From Mobula birostris (lineage: Eukaryota), in the NCBI RefSeq assembly GCF_030028105.1, contig NC_092384.1:12674316-12738315 (forward strand): a DNA stretch of 64,000 nt, read 5' to 3'. The position numbers and the translations under genes were made by a program. The notes below the pieces were generated by a model. The model saw only the letters and a program-made list of their open reading frames with translations. It searched no databases and was not told the origin of the DNA. Position 1 is the stretch's first letter, and every line of letters starts with the position of its first letter. Below, in pieces: positions 49,645 through 62,009 of the stretch.

Positions 49645-52320
49645 ATGAATCCAGAAAATTATAAGGCTAGCAGGAAGGAGCTTAAGAATGAAATTGGGAG
49701 AGCCAGAAGGGGCCATGAGAAGCCCTTGGCGGACAGGATTAAGGAACGCCCCAAGGCATTCTACAAGTACGTGAAGAGGAAGAGGATAAGACGTGAGAGA
49801 ATAGAACGAATTCAGTGTGACAATGCAAAAGTGTGTATGAAACCGGAGGAAATAGCGAAGGTACTTAATGAATACTTCTCTTCAGAATTCACTATGGAAA
49901 AGGATCTTCACAATTATGGGGATAACTTTTAGTGCAGGGGTCCCCAACCTTTTTCGCACTGCGGACCGGTTTCATATTGACAATATTCTTGCGGACCGGC
50001 CGACTGAGGGGTGGGGGGTGTTGGTAGGGTTGCCAACGAACAAGAGTAGCAGTCAAATATGTTGGGTTTACCCCGAAAAAGACTACAATGACCATTAAGC
50101 CTTGCGCAGGCACCAGTGCGAATGCGTGATGTGCGCATGTGTGTACGTGCCGATTTTTTTCTATAATTCGTTATTGGCGATTCTGGTCAGGGGTGGGGTA
50201 TTAATCACAAACGCAATATAGGTGATAAGTGGCTAATACGCTCAATTTCGTTTCTAAAAGGGTTTACCTAACGAATTTAATGTTAAACACACAGCACATT
50301 TTTTCCTCTCACGAATATAGTGATAAGTCAATTATCAGGGGAGGACAGGGAGCTTGAAGTAAGTGTTGAACGAACTTCTAGTACAAGTGGTAGAGGCAGG
50401 TTCGGTATTATCATTTAAAGAAAAATTGGACAGCTGTATGGGCAGGAAAGCAATGGAGGGTTATGGGCTGAGTGCAGGTCGGTGGGACGAGGTGAGAGTA
50501 GCGTTCGGCACGGACTAGAAGGACAGAGATCGCCTGTTTCCTTGCTGTAATTGTTATATGGTTATATAAGTCAATAGCATCATAACATTTTAAGTAACAT
50601 TTGGATATTAAACACACAGCACATATTTTCCCCGTATGAACATATAAAATCATTGCAACACACCAGTATCGCTGAATCAGTGGGAGCCCTGGGCTTGTTT
50701 TCCTGCAACAAGACGTTCCTATCGAGGGGTGATGGGAGACAGCGATACTCGAACGGGGTTCCTTGTGTCCAGTCTATTCCACAATTTAGTTTTCGTTGCA
50801 TGCATTGCAGAGATATGTTGGATATGGAAGCAACGTTTTCAGTGCTTTCGTGGCTATCTCAGGATATTTAGCCTTGACTTTGATCCGGAATGCCGGCAGA
50901 GATGTTATGTCCAACATACTTTTCAGCCCGCCGTCATTTGCAAGCTCGGGGAGCTGATCTTCTTCCCGCGCTGACATGGATAACGTGTGCGTTCAAGCTC
51001 AACAGTGGGCGTGACGGGGAATGAGGAAAGGTGCAGCTGACCCCTATCACCAAATCATATCGTTTCCTCACGGCACGGTAGCACATGCTTTGTGGCCCGG
51101 CACCGGTCCGCGGCCCGGTGGTTGGGGGCCGCTGTTTTAGTGGACTGAAATGCTTGAGAATTTTGATACAAGAAAAAGGATTTGGTGGAGCTTTTGGAAA
51201 GCACACAGTTGGAAACATCACCGGAACCGGATGAGATGCACCCCAGGCTACTGTGGGAAGTGAGGGAGGAGATTGCTCATCTCTGGCAATGATCTTTGCA
51301 TCATCAATGAGGATGGGAGAGGTTCCGGAGGACTGGGGGGTTGCGGATGTTTTTCCCTTATTCAAGAAAGGGAGTAGGGATTGCCCAGGAAATTATCGGC
51401 CAGTGAGTCTTACTTCAGTAGTGGTAAGTTGATGGAGAAGATCCTGTGATTTATGAACATTTGGAGAGGCATTATATGACTAGGAATAGTCAGCATGGCT
51501 TTGTCAAAGGCAAGCCTGATCGAATTTTCTGAGGATGTGACTAAGTACATTGATGAAAGAAGAGCAGTAGATGCAGTGTATATGGATTTCAGCAAGGCAT
51601 TCTATAAGGTACCCCATGCAAGGCTTGTTCAGAAATCAAGTAGGCACGGGATCCAAGGGGCCATTGCTTTGTGGATCCAGAACTGTATCGCACAGTGGTT
51701 GTAGACGGGTCATATTCTGTATGGAGGCCGGTGACCAGGGGTGTTTCTGAGGGATCTGATCTGGGACCCAGATTCTTTGTGATTTTTATAAATGACCTGG
51801 ATAAGGAAGTGGAGGGATGGGTTAGTAAATTTGCTGATGACAGAAAGGTTGGGTGTGTTCTTGATAGTGTGGAGAGCTGTCAGATGATACAACGGTACAT
51901 TGACAAGATGCAAAACTGGGCTGAGAAGAGGAAGATGGAGTTCAACCCAGTTAAGTTTCAGGATGTTCATTTTGGAAGGTCAAGTATGATGGCAGAATAT
52001 AGCATTAATGGAAAGACTCTTGGCATTGTGGAGAATCAGAGGGATCGTGGGGTCCATGTCTATAGGATACTCAAGGGTGCTACGCAGGTTCACTCTGTGA
52101 TTAAGAAGGCATATGTTGCATTGGACTTCATCAATTGTGAGATTGAGTTTAAGAGCTGAGAGTTAATGTTGCACCTATATAGGACACTGGTCAGTCCTCA
52201 CGTGGAGAACTGTGCTCAATTCTGGTCCCCCCAGTATAGGAATGACGTGGAAACCAAAAAAAAGGTGCAGAGGAGATCTACAAGGATGTTGCCTGGATTA
52301 GGGAGCATGCCTTATGAGAA
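49645..52320 (+). mobile_element. CR1 ORF2 fragment interrupted by a hAT MITE
   Basis: ORF 49645-49932 continues after 51142 (gactgaaatgcttgag); RT motifs in ORFs 51495-51704 and 51671-52159. Confidence 0.88.
49935..51134 (-). mobile_element. 1.2 kb non-autonomous hAT (Buster/Charlie-type) element
   Basis: TIRs CAGGGGTCCCCAACC / GGTTGGGGGCCGCTG; perfect 8 bp TSD TTTTAGTG (49927-49934, 51135-51142); C-terminal remnant LPAFRIKVKAKYPEIATKALKTLLPYPTYLC (50786-50977, -). Confidence 0.92.
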
Positions 52321-55300
52321 TAGAACATAGAGCATAGAACATCGAACAGTACAGCACAGTACAGGCCCTTCGGCCCACAATGTTGTGCCGACCCTCAAAC
52401 CCTGCCTCCCATATAACCCCCCCCCCACCTTAAATTCTTCCATATACCTGTCTAGTAGTCTCTTGAACTTCACTTGTGTATCTGCCTCCACCACTGACTC
52501 AGGCAGTGCATTCTACGCACTAACCACTCTCTGAGTGAAAAATCTTCCTCTAATATCCCCCTTGAACTTCTCACCACTTACCTTAAAGCCATGTCCTCTT
52601 GTATTCAGCAGTGGTGCCCTGGAGAAGAGGCGTTGGCTATCCACTCTATCTATTCCTCTTATTATCTTGTACACCTCTATCATGTCTCCTCTCATCCTCC
52701 TTCTCTCCAAAGAGTAAAGCCCTAGCTCCTTTAAACTCTGATCATAATGCATACTCTCTAAACCAGGCAGCATCCTGGTAAATCTGCTCTGTACCCTTTC
52801 CAATGCTTCCATATCCTTCCTATAGTGAAGCGATCAGAACTGGACACAGTACTCCAAGTGTGGCCTAACCAGAATTTTATACAGCTGCATCATTACATCG
52901 CGACTCTTAAACTCTATCCCTCGACTTATGAAAGCTAACACACCATAAGCTGTCTTAACTACCGAATGTACCTGTGAGGCAACTTTCAGGGATCTGTGGA
53001 CATGTACCCCCAGATCCCTCTACTCCTCCACACTACCAAGTATCCTGCCATTTACTTTGTACTCTGCCTTGGAGTTTGTCCTTCCAAAGTGTACCACCTC
53101 ACACTTCTCCGGTTTGAACTCCATCTGCCACTTCTCAGCCCGCTTCTGCATCCTATCAATGTCTCTCTGCAATCTTTGACAATCCTCTACACTATCTACA
53201 ACACCACCAACCTTTGTGGCATCTGAAAATTTGCCAACCCACCCCTCTACCCCGACATCCAGGTCGTTAATGAAAATCACGAAAAGTAGAGGTCCCAGAA
53301 CAGATCCTTGTGGGACACCACTAGTCACAATCCTCCAATCTGAATGTAATCCCTCCACCACGACCCTCTGCCTTCTTCAGGCAAGCCAATTCTGAATCTA
53401 CCTGGCCAAACTTCCCTGGATCCTATACCTTCTGACTTTGTGAATAAGCCTACCGTGTGGAACCTTGTCAAATGCCTTACTAAAATCCATCGACTGCACT
53501 ACCCTCATCTATATGCCTGGTCACCTCCTCAAAGAACTCTCTCAGGCTTGTTAGACACGAGCTGCCCTCCACAAAGCCATGCTGACTGACCCTGATCAGA
53601 CCATGATTTTCTGAATGCCCATAGATCCTATCTGTAAGAATCTTTTGCAACAGCTTTCCTACCACAGACGCACGGCTCTCTGGTCTATAATTACCCGGAC
53701 TATCCCTACTACCTTTTTTGAACAAGGGGACAACATTCGCATCTCTCCAATCCTCCGGTACCATTCCCCTGGAGAACGAGGACATAAAGATCCTAGCCAG
53801 AGGCTCAGCAATCTCTTCCCTCGCCTCGTGGAGCAGCCTGGGGAATATTTCGTCAGGGCCCGGGGACTCATCCGTCCTAATGTATTTTAACAACTCCAAC
53901 ACCTCCTCTCCCTTAATATCAATATGTTCCAGAACATCAACCTCGCTCATAGTGTCTTCACCATCAACAATTTCCCTCTCGTTGGTAAATACCGAAGATA
54001 GGTATTCATTGAGGACCTCATTCACTTCCACAGCCTCCTGGCACATCTTCCCATTTTTATCTCTAATCGGTCCTATCTTCACTCCTGTCATCCTTGTGGT
54101 CTTCACGTAATTGATGAATGCCTTGTGGTTTTCCTTTACCCTACTCACCATGGCCTTCTCATGCCCCCTTCTTGGTCTGCTCAGTTCCTTGTTCAGCTCC
54201 TTTCTTGCTATCCTATATTCCTCAATAGACCCATCGGATCCTTGTTTCCTAAACCTCATGTATGCTGCCTTCTTCCACCTGACTAGATTCTCCAACTCAC
54301 TTGTCACCCATGGTTCCTTCACCCTACCATTCTTTTCCTCAGCGGGACAAATTTATCCCTAACATCCTGCAAGAGATCCCGAAACATCGACGAAATATCC
54401 ATAGTACATTTCCCTGCAAAAACATCATCCCAATTCACACCCGCAAGTTCTAGCCTTATAGCCTCATAATTTGCCCTTCCCCAAATAAAAATTTTCCTGT
54501 CCTCTCTGATCATATCCTTTTCGATGTTAAAGGCCAGGAAGCGGTGGTTACTATCCCTCAGATACTCACCCACTGAGAGACCTGTGACCTGACCCGATTC
54601 ATTACCTAATACTAGATCGAGTATGGCATTTCCCCTAGTCGGCCTGTCAACATAGTGTGACAGGAATCCGTCGTGGACACACTTAACAAACTCTGCCCCG
54701 TCTAAACCATTGCAACTAATCAGGTGCCAATCAATATTCGGGAAGTTAAAGTCACCCACTTTGCCAAAATCTGACTCCCAATCTGCTCCTCGGCATCTCT
54801 ACGGCTACCAGGGGGCCTATAGAATACTCCCAATAGAGTAACCGCTCCCTTCCTGTTCCTTATTTCCACCTATACTGACTCAAAACGGATCCTGCTACAT
54901 TACCCACCCTTTCTGTAGTTGTAGCAATATCCCTGACCAGTAATGCCACCCTCCTCCCCTCCCCCTGCTCTCTATCCCTTCTAAAGCACTGACATCCAGG
55001 AATATTGAAAATCCATTCCTGCCCTGGTGCCAGCCAAGTCTCTGTAATGGCCACTACACCATAATTCCATGTATGTATCCAAGCTCTCAGTTCATCTCTT
55101 TTGTTCCTGATGCTTCTTGCATTGAAGTACACGCACTTTAGCCCTTCTACCTTACTAACGTTACACCCTTAATTGTGTTTCTTTTTCCTCAAATCCTCTT
55201 TATAGGTTAAATCTGGCTTTACTCCATGCACTATACCTGCAGTTCTCGCACGACCTTTATCCTCCTCCACCTTACTATCTGCTCTAGCACTCTGGTTTCC

Positions 55301-56480
55301 ATCCCCCTGCAAATCTAGTTTAAACCCCCCGGGGCAGCACTAGCAGATCTTCCCGTAAGGATGTTAGTCCCGCTCCAGTTCAGGTGCTACCCATCCCTTC
55401 GGAACAGGTGCCACCTTCCCTGTAACCAAGCCCAATTGTCCAGAAAACATGAAGTCCTCCCTCCTGCACCAACTCCTTAGCCACGTATTTAACTGCATTA
55501 TCTTCCTAATTCTTGCCTCACTAGCACGTGGCACTGGTAGCAATCCTGAGATTGCAACCCTGGAAGTCCTGTCCTTCAACTTTGCACCTAACTCCCTAAA
55601 TTCTCTTTGCAGGACCTCCTCCTTCTTCCTGTCCACCGCATTGGTCCCTACATGGATCACGACATCCGGTTGCTCACCTTCCCTCTGGAGAATACCTAGA
55701 ACTCAATGCGAGATATCGCGGACCCTGGCACCAGGGAGGCAACAGACCATCCGGGATTCTCGGTTTCTTCCACAGAACCTCTTATCTGTCTCCCTAACTA
55801 TCGAATCCCCTATCACTACTGCTCTCCTCTTTTCCTTTCTTCCCTTCTGAGCTGAGGGTCCATTCTCGGTGCCAGAGACGCAACCACTGCAACTTGTCCC
55901 TGGTTGGTCTTCCGCACCAACTGTATCCAAAATGGTATACTTATTATTGATGGGAACGGCTCATTCTGTCTATTCCCATTTCCTCTCCTGATAGTCACCC
56001 AGCTACCTGTCTCCTGACTTTTAGGGGTGACTATCTCCCTGTAAATCTTGTTTATTTCTGTCTCTGCCTCACGAATAATCCGGACTTCATCCAGCTTCAG
56101 CTCCAGTTCCCTAACTCTGTTTGTGAGGAGCTGCAGTTAGATGCACCTTTTTACAGTTGTAGTCAACAGGGAAAATTGCGCTCGCCCTGACGTCCCACAT
56201 ACTGCAAACAGTGCACTCGACTGCCCTAACTGCTGCTTCCATTACCTACTCCGATGTTAATTCGCGTAATTAAAGGAACTTACCCGGCCTTATCTCACTG
56301 GGAGTAGGCTCGTCCTCAGCCTCTGATCGCCGAACCCTATCGAGGCAAAGCCTTCCTACTCTGTCTCCCACTTCTACGTCGCCCGCTCCGTTATCTGCTC
56401 GTTTTTTAAACTCTCCCGCTGTTTCATGAGCCGACTTTCATGCGCTTGCGCAGTCGTGCCCCGTTCAAACTGCCGAAGAA
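52320..56480 (-). mobile_element. Near full-length CR1 (5' UTR, ORF1 with Zn-finger/coiled coil and esterase, ORF2, tail) with an internal RT deletion
   Basis: RAVVIGDSIVRETD...CCLPGARVRDI, IHVGTNAV...RVAISGLLPVP, YFNARSIRNK, GDFNFPNIDW, ORF 53480-54322, (TAGAACA)n tail at 52320. Confidence 0.92.
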
Positions 56481-56567
56481 TAGGTTGATTGAACTCGGTT
56501 TTTTCTCATTGGAGCGACGGAGGATGAGGGGTGTGCAAGATAATGAGAGACATTGATCGTGGGATAA

Positions 56568-58226
56568 ACATGGAAACATAGAAACATAGAAAACCTACAG
56601 CACAATACGAGCCCTTCGGCCCGCAAAGATGTGCCGAACATGTCCCTATCTTAGAAATTACTGGTGTTACCCATTGCCCTCTATGTTTCTAAGCTCCACG
56701 TACCTATCCAAAAGTCTCTTAAAAGACCCTATCGTATCCGCATCTACCACCGTTGCCAGCAGCCCATTCCACACACTCACGTCTCTCTGCATAAAACATA
56801 TCTCCTCTGTACCTATTCTCCAGTACCTTAAACCTGTGCCTTCTTGTGGCAGCCACTTGAGCCCTGGGAGATAGCCTCTGACTATCCAGACGATCAATTC
56901 CTTTCATCACCTTTTACACCTCTATCACGGCACTTCTCATCCTCCGTCGCTCCAAGGAGAAAAGCCGAGCTCATTTAACCTGCTTTCATAAGGTATGCTC
57001 CCCAATCCAGAGAACAACCTTGTAAATCACTTCTGCACCCTTTCTATGGTTTCCATATCCTTCCTGTCGTGAGGCAACCAGAACTGAACTCATTATTCCA
57101 GCTGGGGTTTGACCAGGGTTGTATATAGTTACACTGTATACCTTCTTAACCACGGAGTCAACCTGCGCAGCAGCTTTGAGCTTCCTGTGGAGATCCCTCT
57201 GATCCTCCACACTGCCAAGAATCTTACCATTAATACTATTTTCTGCCATCATATTTGACCTACCAAAATGAACCAGTTCACACTTACCTGAGTTGAACTC
57301 CATCTGCCCCTTCTCAGCCCAGTTGTGCATCCTATCAATGTCCTGCTGTAACCTCTGACGGCCCTCCACACTATCTACAACATCCCTAACCTTTGTGACA
57401 TCAGCAAACTTACTAACCCATCCCTCCACTTCCTCATCCAGGTCATTTATAAAAATCACGAAGAGTAAGGGTCCCGGAACAAATCCCTGAGACACACCAT
57501 GGTCATCGACCTCCATGCAGAATATGACCCGTCAACAACCACTCTTTGTCTTCTGTGGGCAAGCCAGTTCTGGATCCACAAAGCAATGTCCCTTTGGATC
57601 CCATGCCTCCTTACTTTCTCAATGAGCCTTGCATGGGATACCTTATCAAATGTCTTGCTGAAATTCATATACACTACATCTACTGCTCCTCCTTTATCAA
57701 TGTCTTCAAAAATTCAATCAGGCTCGTAAGGCACGACCTGCCCTTGACAAAGCCATGCTGAATATTCCTATTCATATTATACCTCTCCAAATGTTCATAA
57801 ATCTTGCCTGTCAGGATTTTCTCCATCAACTTACCAACCACTGAAGTAAAACTCACTGTTCTATAATTTCCGGGGCTATCTCAACTCCCTTTCTTGAATA
57901 AGGGAACAACGTCCGCAACCCTCCAATCCTCCGGAACCTCTCCCATCCCCATTGATGATGCAAAGATCATCGCCGGAGGCTGAGCGATCTCCTCCCTCGC
58001 CTCCCACAGTAGCCTGTGGTACATCTCATCAGGTCCCAACGAGTTATCCAATCTGATGCTTTTCAAAAGCTGCAGCACATCCTCTTTCTTAATATCTACA
58101 TGCTCAAGATCTTCAGTCCGCTGCAAGTCATCACAACATCACCAATATCCTTTTGCATAGTGAATACTGAAGTAAAGTATTCATTAAGTACCTTTGCTAT
58201 TTCCTCCGGTTCCACACACGCATTCT
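56568..58226 (-). mobile_element. CR1 RT and 3' end
   Basis: ORFs 56986-57516, 57456-57674 and 57881-58126; (ACATAGAA)n tail. Confidence 0.9.
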
Positions 58227-58540
58227 CACTGTCAGAGGCTTTTCCCTCAGGGCTGAAATGGTTAGTATCAGAAGGCACAGTTTTAAGGTGGTTTGAAGTT
58301 GATACAGAGGAGATGTCAGGGGTAATTTTTATACGCAGAGAGTGTTGAATGCAAGGAATGGGCTGCCGGCGGCAGTGGTGGAGGTGGAAATTATAGGGTT
58401 TTTTTTTAACAGACTCATGCAGCTTAGAAGAATAGAGGGCTATGGGTAAAGCCTAGGTAGTTCTAAAGTTGGGACATGCTTGGCACAGCTTTGTGGGCCG
58501 AAGGGCCTGTATTGTGCTGTATGTTTTCTATGTTTCTAAA
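58227..58540 (+). mobile_element. CR1 3' end, abutting the previous copy in opposite orientation
   Basis: gtcagaggctttttccctcagggctgaaatgg...gttttctatgtttcta. Confidence 0.85.
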
Positions 58541-58799
58541 GCCGAAATTGGTAAATATACTTTCTTCATGATTTTATACAGTTTAAGATCTGTTATCTCT
58601 TGCCAAATGATAATTGTGCATGGGCAGTATTCGCTCAAATTGAGATTCATTTAATCAGAATTCTCACTGCTCCTGTGTGGTTGAACCCCAAACCATACTG
58701 ACGCTGGATGTACATAATTCATGAAAGATGGCCACTGGGTCACGTGGCTGCTAGCAGTGTTAGCTTACTGTCCGAGTATGTGTACGAATAGTGGTGAGA

Positions 58800-59080
58800 G
58801 TTACACACGTAGAGGCCAGACTAAGAGTGGTCTAGCGGTCCTCCAGGTTTGGGGCCTCAGCTCAGGAATAACGACACTGACTGCTAAAACAAAACTGTTA
58901 CAGAAACAGTATTGAAGAATCTTTCTACATCTATGTATGATGGAATTCTTGAGTCTCCATCTGGAACTTGCGTGACCAGTGCTAGTGAAAACCGACATGA
59001 TGAAGGAAATCACTAACACCCGCAGAGATGGAAGACATTTTTGCTGCCTTGCATACCAGTGACATAACGGCCAGAAAAGA
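58800..59080 (+). mobile_element. Probable RTE-derived non-autonomous element
   Basis: ggtcctccaggtttggggcctcagctcagg and cgcagagatggaagacatttttgctgcc (xRWKTFLLP-like end) resemble RTE termini from memory; not verified. Confidence 0.4.
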
Positions 59081-59280
59081 GAGAAACAAAGACTGTGCTC
59101 AAGATTAGGCTTTACCCAGGCGTTTGGTGCCTTGAGGCATCTTCTCTTCATACTGTACCACTCCGTTGCCCTTGAGATTTGTACACTATATCCTGCGTGA
59201 GACGGATCAATAGGCTGTTGATTCATCTGAGAAATAGCACCCTTCTTTCTTCAGAACAAACTCTGTCATATAATTTACAT

Positions 59281-59878
59281 TAATCGAAGTATTGAGTATA
59301 AGAGCTGGAATGTTATGATGAGGTTGTATAAGGCATTGGTGAGGCCGAATCTGGGGTACTGTGTTCAGTTTTGGTCACCAAATTACAGGAAGGATATAAA
59401 TAAGGTTGAAAGAGTGCAGAGAAGGTTTACAAGGATGTTGCCGGGACTTGAGAAACTCAGTTACAGAGAAAGGTTGAATAGGTTAGGACTTTATTCTCTG
59501 GAGCGTAGAAGAATGAGGGGAGATTTGATAGAGGTATATAAAATTATGATGGGTATAGATAGAGTGAATACAAGCAGGCTTTTTCCACTGAGGCAGGGGA
59601 GAAAAAAACCAGAGGACATGGGTTAAGGGTGAGGGGGGAAAAGTTTAAAGGGAACATTAGGGGGGGCTTCTTCACACAGAGAGTGGTGGGAGTATGGAAT
59701 GAGCTGCCAGACGAGGTGGTAAATGTGGGTTCTTTTGTAACATTTAAGAATAAATTGGACAGATACATGGTTGGGAGGTGTATGGAGGGATATGGTCCGT
59801 GTGCAGGTCAGTGGGACTAGGCAGAAAATGGTTCGGCACAGCCAAGAAGGGCCAAAAGGCCTGTTTCTGTGTTGTAGT
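59281..59878 (+). mobile_element. CR1 3' fragment, same subfamily as 34001-37410
   Basis: ORFs 59315-59626 and 59629-59820 closely resemble the antisense of 34030-34600. Confidence 0.92.
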
Positions 59879-60420
59879 TTACATAGAAACATAGAAACAT
59901 AGAAAATAGGTACAGGAGTAGGCCATTCGGCCCTTCGAGCCTGCACCGCCATTTACTATGATCATGGCTGATCATCCAACTCAGAACCCCGCCCCAGCCT
60001 TCCCTCCATACCCCCGACCCCCGTAGCCACAAGGGCCATATCTAACTCCCTCTTAAATATAGCCAATGAACTGGCCTCAACTGTTTCCTGTGGCAGAGAA
60101 TTCCACAGATTCACCACTCTCTGTGTGAAGAAGTTTTTCCTAATCTCGGTCCTAAAAGGCTTCCCCTCTATCCTCAAACTGTGGCCCCTCGTTCTGGACT
60201 TCCCCAACATCGGGAACAATCTTCCTGCATCTAGCCTGTCCAATCCCTTTAGGATCTTATACGTTTCAATCAGATCCCCCCTCAATCTTCTAAATTCCAA
60301 CGAGTACAAGCCCAGTTCATCCAATCTTTCTTCATATGAAAGTCCTGCCATCCCAGGAATCAATCTGGTGAACCTTCTTTGTACTCCCTCTATGGCAAGG
60401 ATGTCTTTCCTCAGATTAGG
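59879..60420 (-). mobile_element. CR1 3' fragment of a distinct subfamily, tail-to-tail with the previous copy
   Basis: LRKDILAIEGVQRRFTRLIPGMAGLSYEERL...FFTQRVVNLWNSLP uninterrupted; (ACATAGAA)n tail. Confidence 0.92.
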
Positions 60421-60889
60421 GGAGTTTCTATGGTTTTCTATGGTTATGTTATCACATACACGGAAGCCAAATGTTAAATTCTGTACCTGTGAGGTTATCA
60501 AACCTGTCAACATATTGCAGCATAGAATCAGGTCATTCACTCCCAAGTTCAAAATCAAGGTTATTTTCAAGTATACACAAGTGCATGTGTGCACAGGTGC
60601 AATGAAAAAGTTGATTGCATACACTATCATATAGAACATAGAACACAGAGTATAGACATTACAACATACTAAACGCTTTTCAGCCCACGATGATGTGCTG
60701 GCCCCATTACGTACTCTAAGATCCATCTAATCCCTCTCTGCTACATAATCCTCCATTTTGCGATCTACGTGCGTATCCAAGGGGTTCTGAAATACCCCTA
60801 ATATATTTACCTCTACAAATGCCTAGGCAGTATGTTCAACACACCTACCATAATCTGTGCAAAGAGCTGGCCTCGGGTTATATCTTCAG

Positions 60890-61370
60890 CGGTTTCAACG
60901 GGGGACGACTCCACAAGTGCGTGGAGGTCTGCCAGTGAGAACAGCGAGAAGAGTTTAAGAAGAAGATAGATTTATACAGCGGGCGTCGGAGTAGAAGGAG
61001 ACAGAGTTGGAAGACTTTGGCTCAACGGGGATTCGGCGACAAAGGGTCGAGGCGAAGTAGCTTATCTGTGTAGAATACAGACAAAAAGGATGCGTGTGAG
61101 GCAGGTTTTCTGTGCTCTGTGTCAGATGTGGGAGGTTCTGGAGACTCCCAGCCTCCCGGCTGGCCACAGCTGCACCAGGTGTGTCGAGCTGCAACTCCTC
61201 AGGGACTGTGTTAGGGAACTCGAGATGCAGCTCGTTGACCTTCATCTGGTCAGGGAGAGTGAGGAGGTGATGGAGAGGAGCTATAGGCAGGTAGTTACGC
61301 CGGGGTCTGGGAAGACAAATAGTGGGTAACAGTCAAGAGAGGGAATGGCAAGAGACAGATGCTAGAGAGT
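60890..61370 (+). mobile_element. CR1 5' region and ORF1 N-terminus (CxxC...CxxC plus coiled coil)
   Basis: FCALCQMWEV...HSCTRCVELQLLRDCVRELEMQL (ORF 61090-61329). Confidence 0.75.
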
Positions 61371-61559
61371 AGCTAGTAACATTCCAAGCAACTAGTCATC
61401 AGTGAATATTACATGGCCTATATGACTCTGAGGAAAGGAAATCAATTATAATATGTTTACATCCAAATATATACTTAGGCTTGCCCGATATTCAATTACA
61501 TGGTGAGGGCATAATTGAGGAACTGTAAAACACAATAATGACTGTTATGGATGTCAACA

Positions 61560-62005
61560 GAGGAGAAGCGGTAGAGACGCCAGCCAAAGGTTACCAGAGA
61601 TGAACATCCCACTGTATTTGCATCGGGTATATGGACTGTATTCCAAAGGGTGTATGGAACAGCATTAGAGCGGGACCATCCAGGACCAGAAGTTTCAAAC
61701 TGTGATATCCTACTGTACCAGTGAATCCCAAAAAGGCATCGGAAATGTTTGAAACTCTAAACCCACTCATGCTGAGGCATGCGTACTAAGGAAAATGAGT
61801 AGGGCAAGGGAAAAAGAAATACAAAGGCCAACAATCTGATCTGGTCCATGTGTTGGGTAGTGCCTCGCTCTAGGAGCTGGATCCCGACATAGCGACATAC
61901 TGGGGCCGCACAGCCCACAACCCTTCCCGATCGCATTAAATCGGCTTGGTGCATACAGCAAAGAAAACTCGCACCCGGGGTAGGTGGACAGGTGTCCAAA
62001 CCTAG
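61560..62005 (+). mobile_element. Possible highly decayed Gypsy integrase fragment
   Basis: ccagtgaatcccaaaaaggc...catgctgagg...gaaaatgagtagg aligns loosely by eye with ccagaatcacaagg...catgattagg...gaaaatgagaagg at about 1095-1175. Confidence 0.3.
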
Positions 62006-62009
62006 GGTA

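Noticed and set aside
56568-58540. Twin-priming 5' inversion of a single CR1
   Set aside because: Both parts contain the 3' end and tail, so they are two insertions rather than one inverted element
58801-59226. 141 aa minus-strand ORF
   Set aside because: No domain signal; it overlaps a probable RTE-derived repeat on the opposite strand
61765-61866. HAE...PCVG*C pattern resembling a zinc-dependent deaminase motif (THAEACVLR...SGPCVG*C)
   Set aside because: The frame has several stops, spacing is PCxxxC rather than PCxxC, there are no convincing splice sites, and the DNA aligns loosely with the Gypsy integrase at about 1.1 kb. A tBLASTn hit to AID/APOBEC or ADAT would reopen it.
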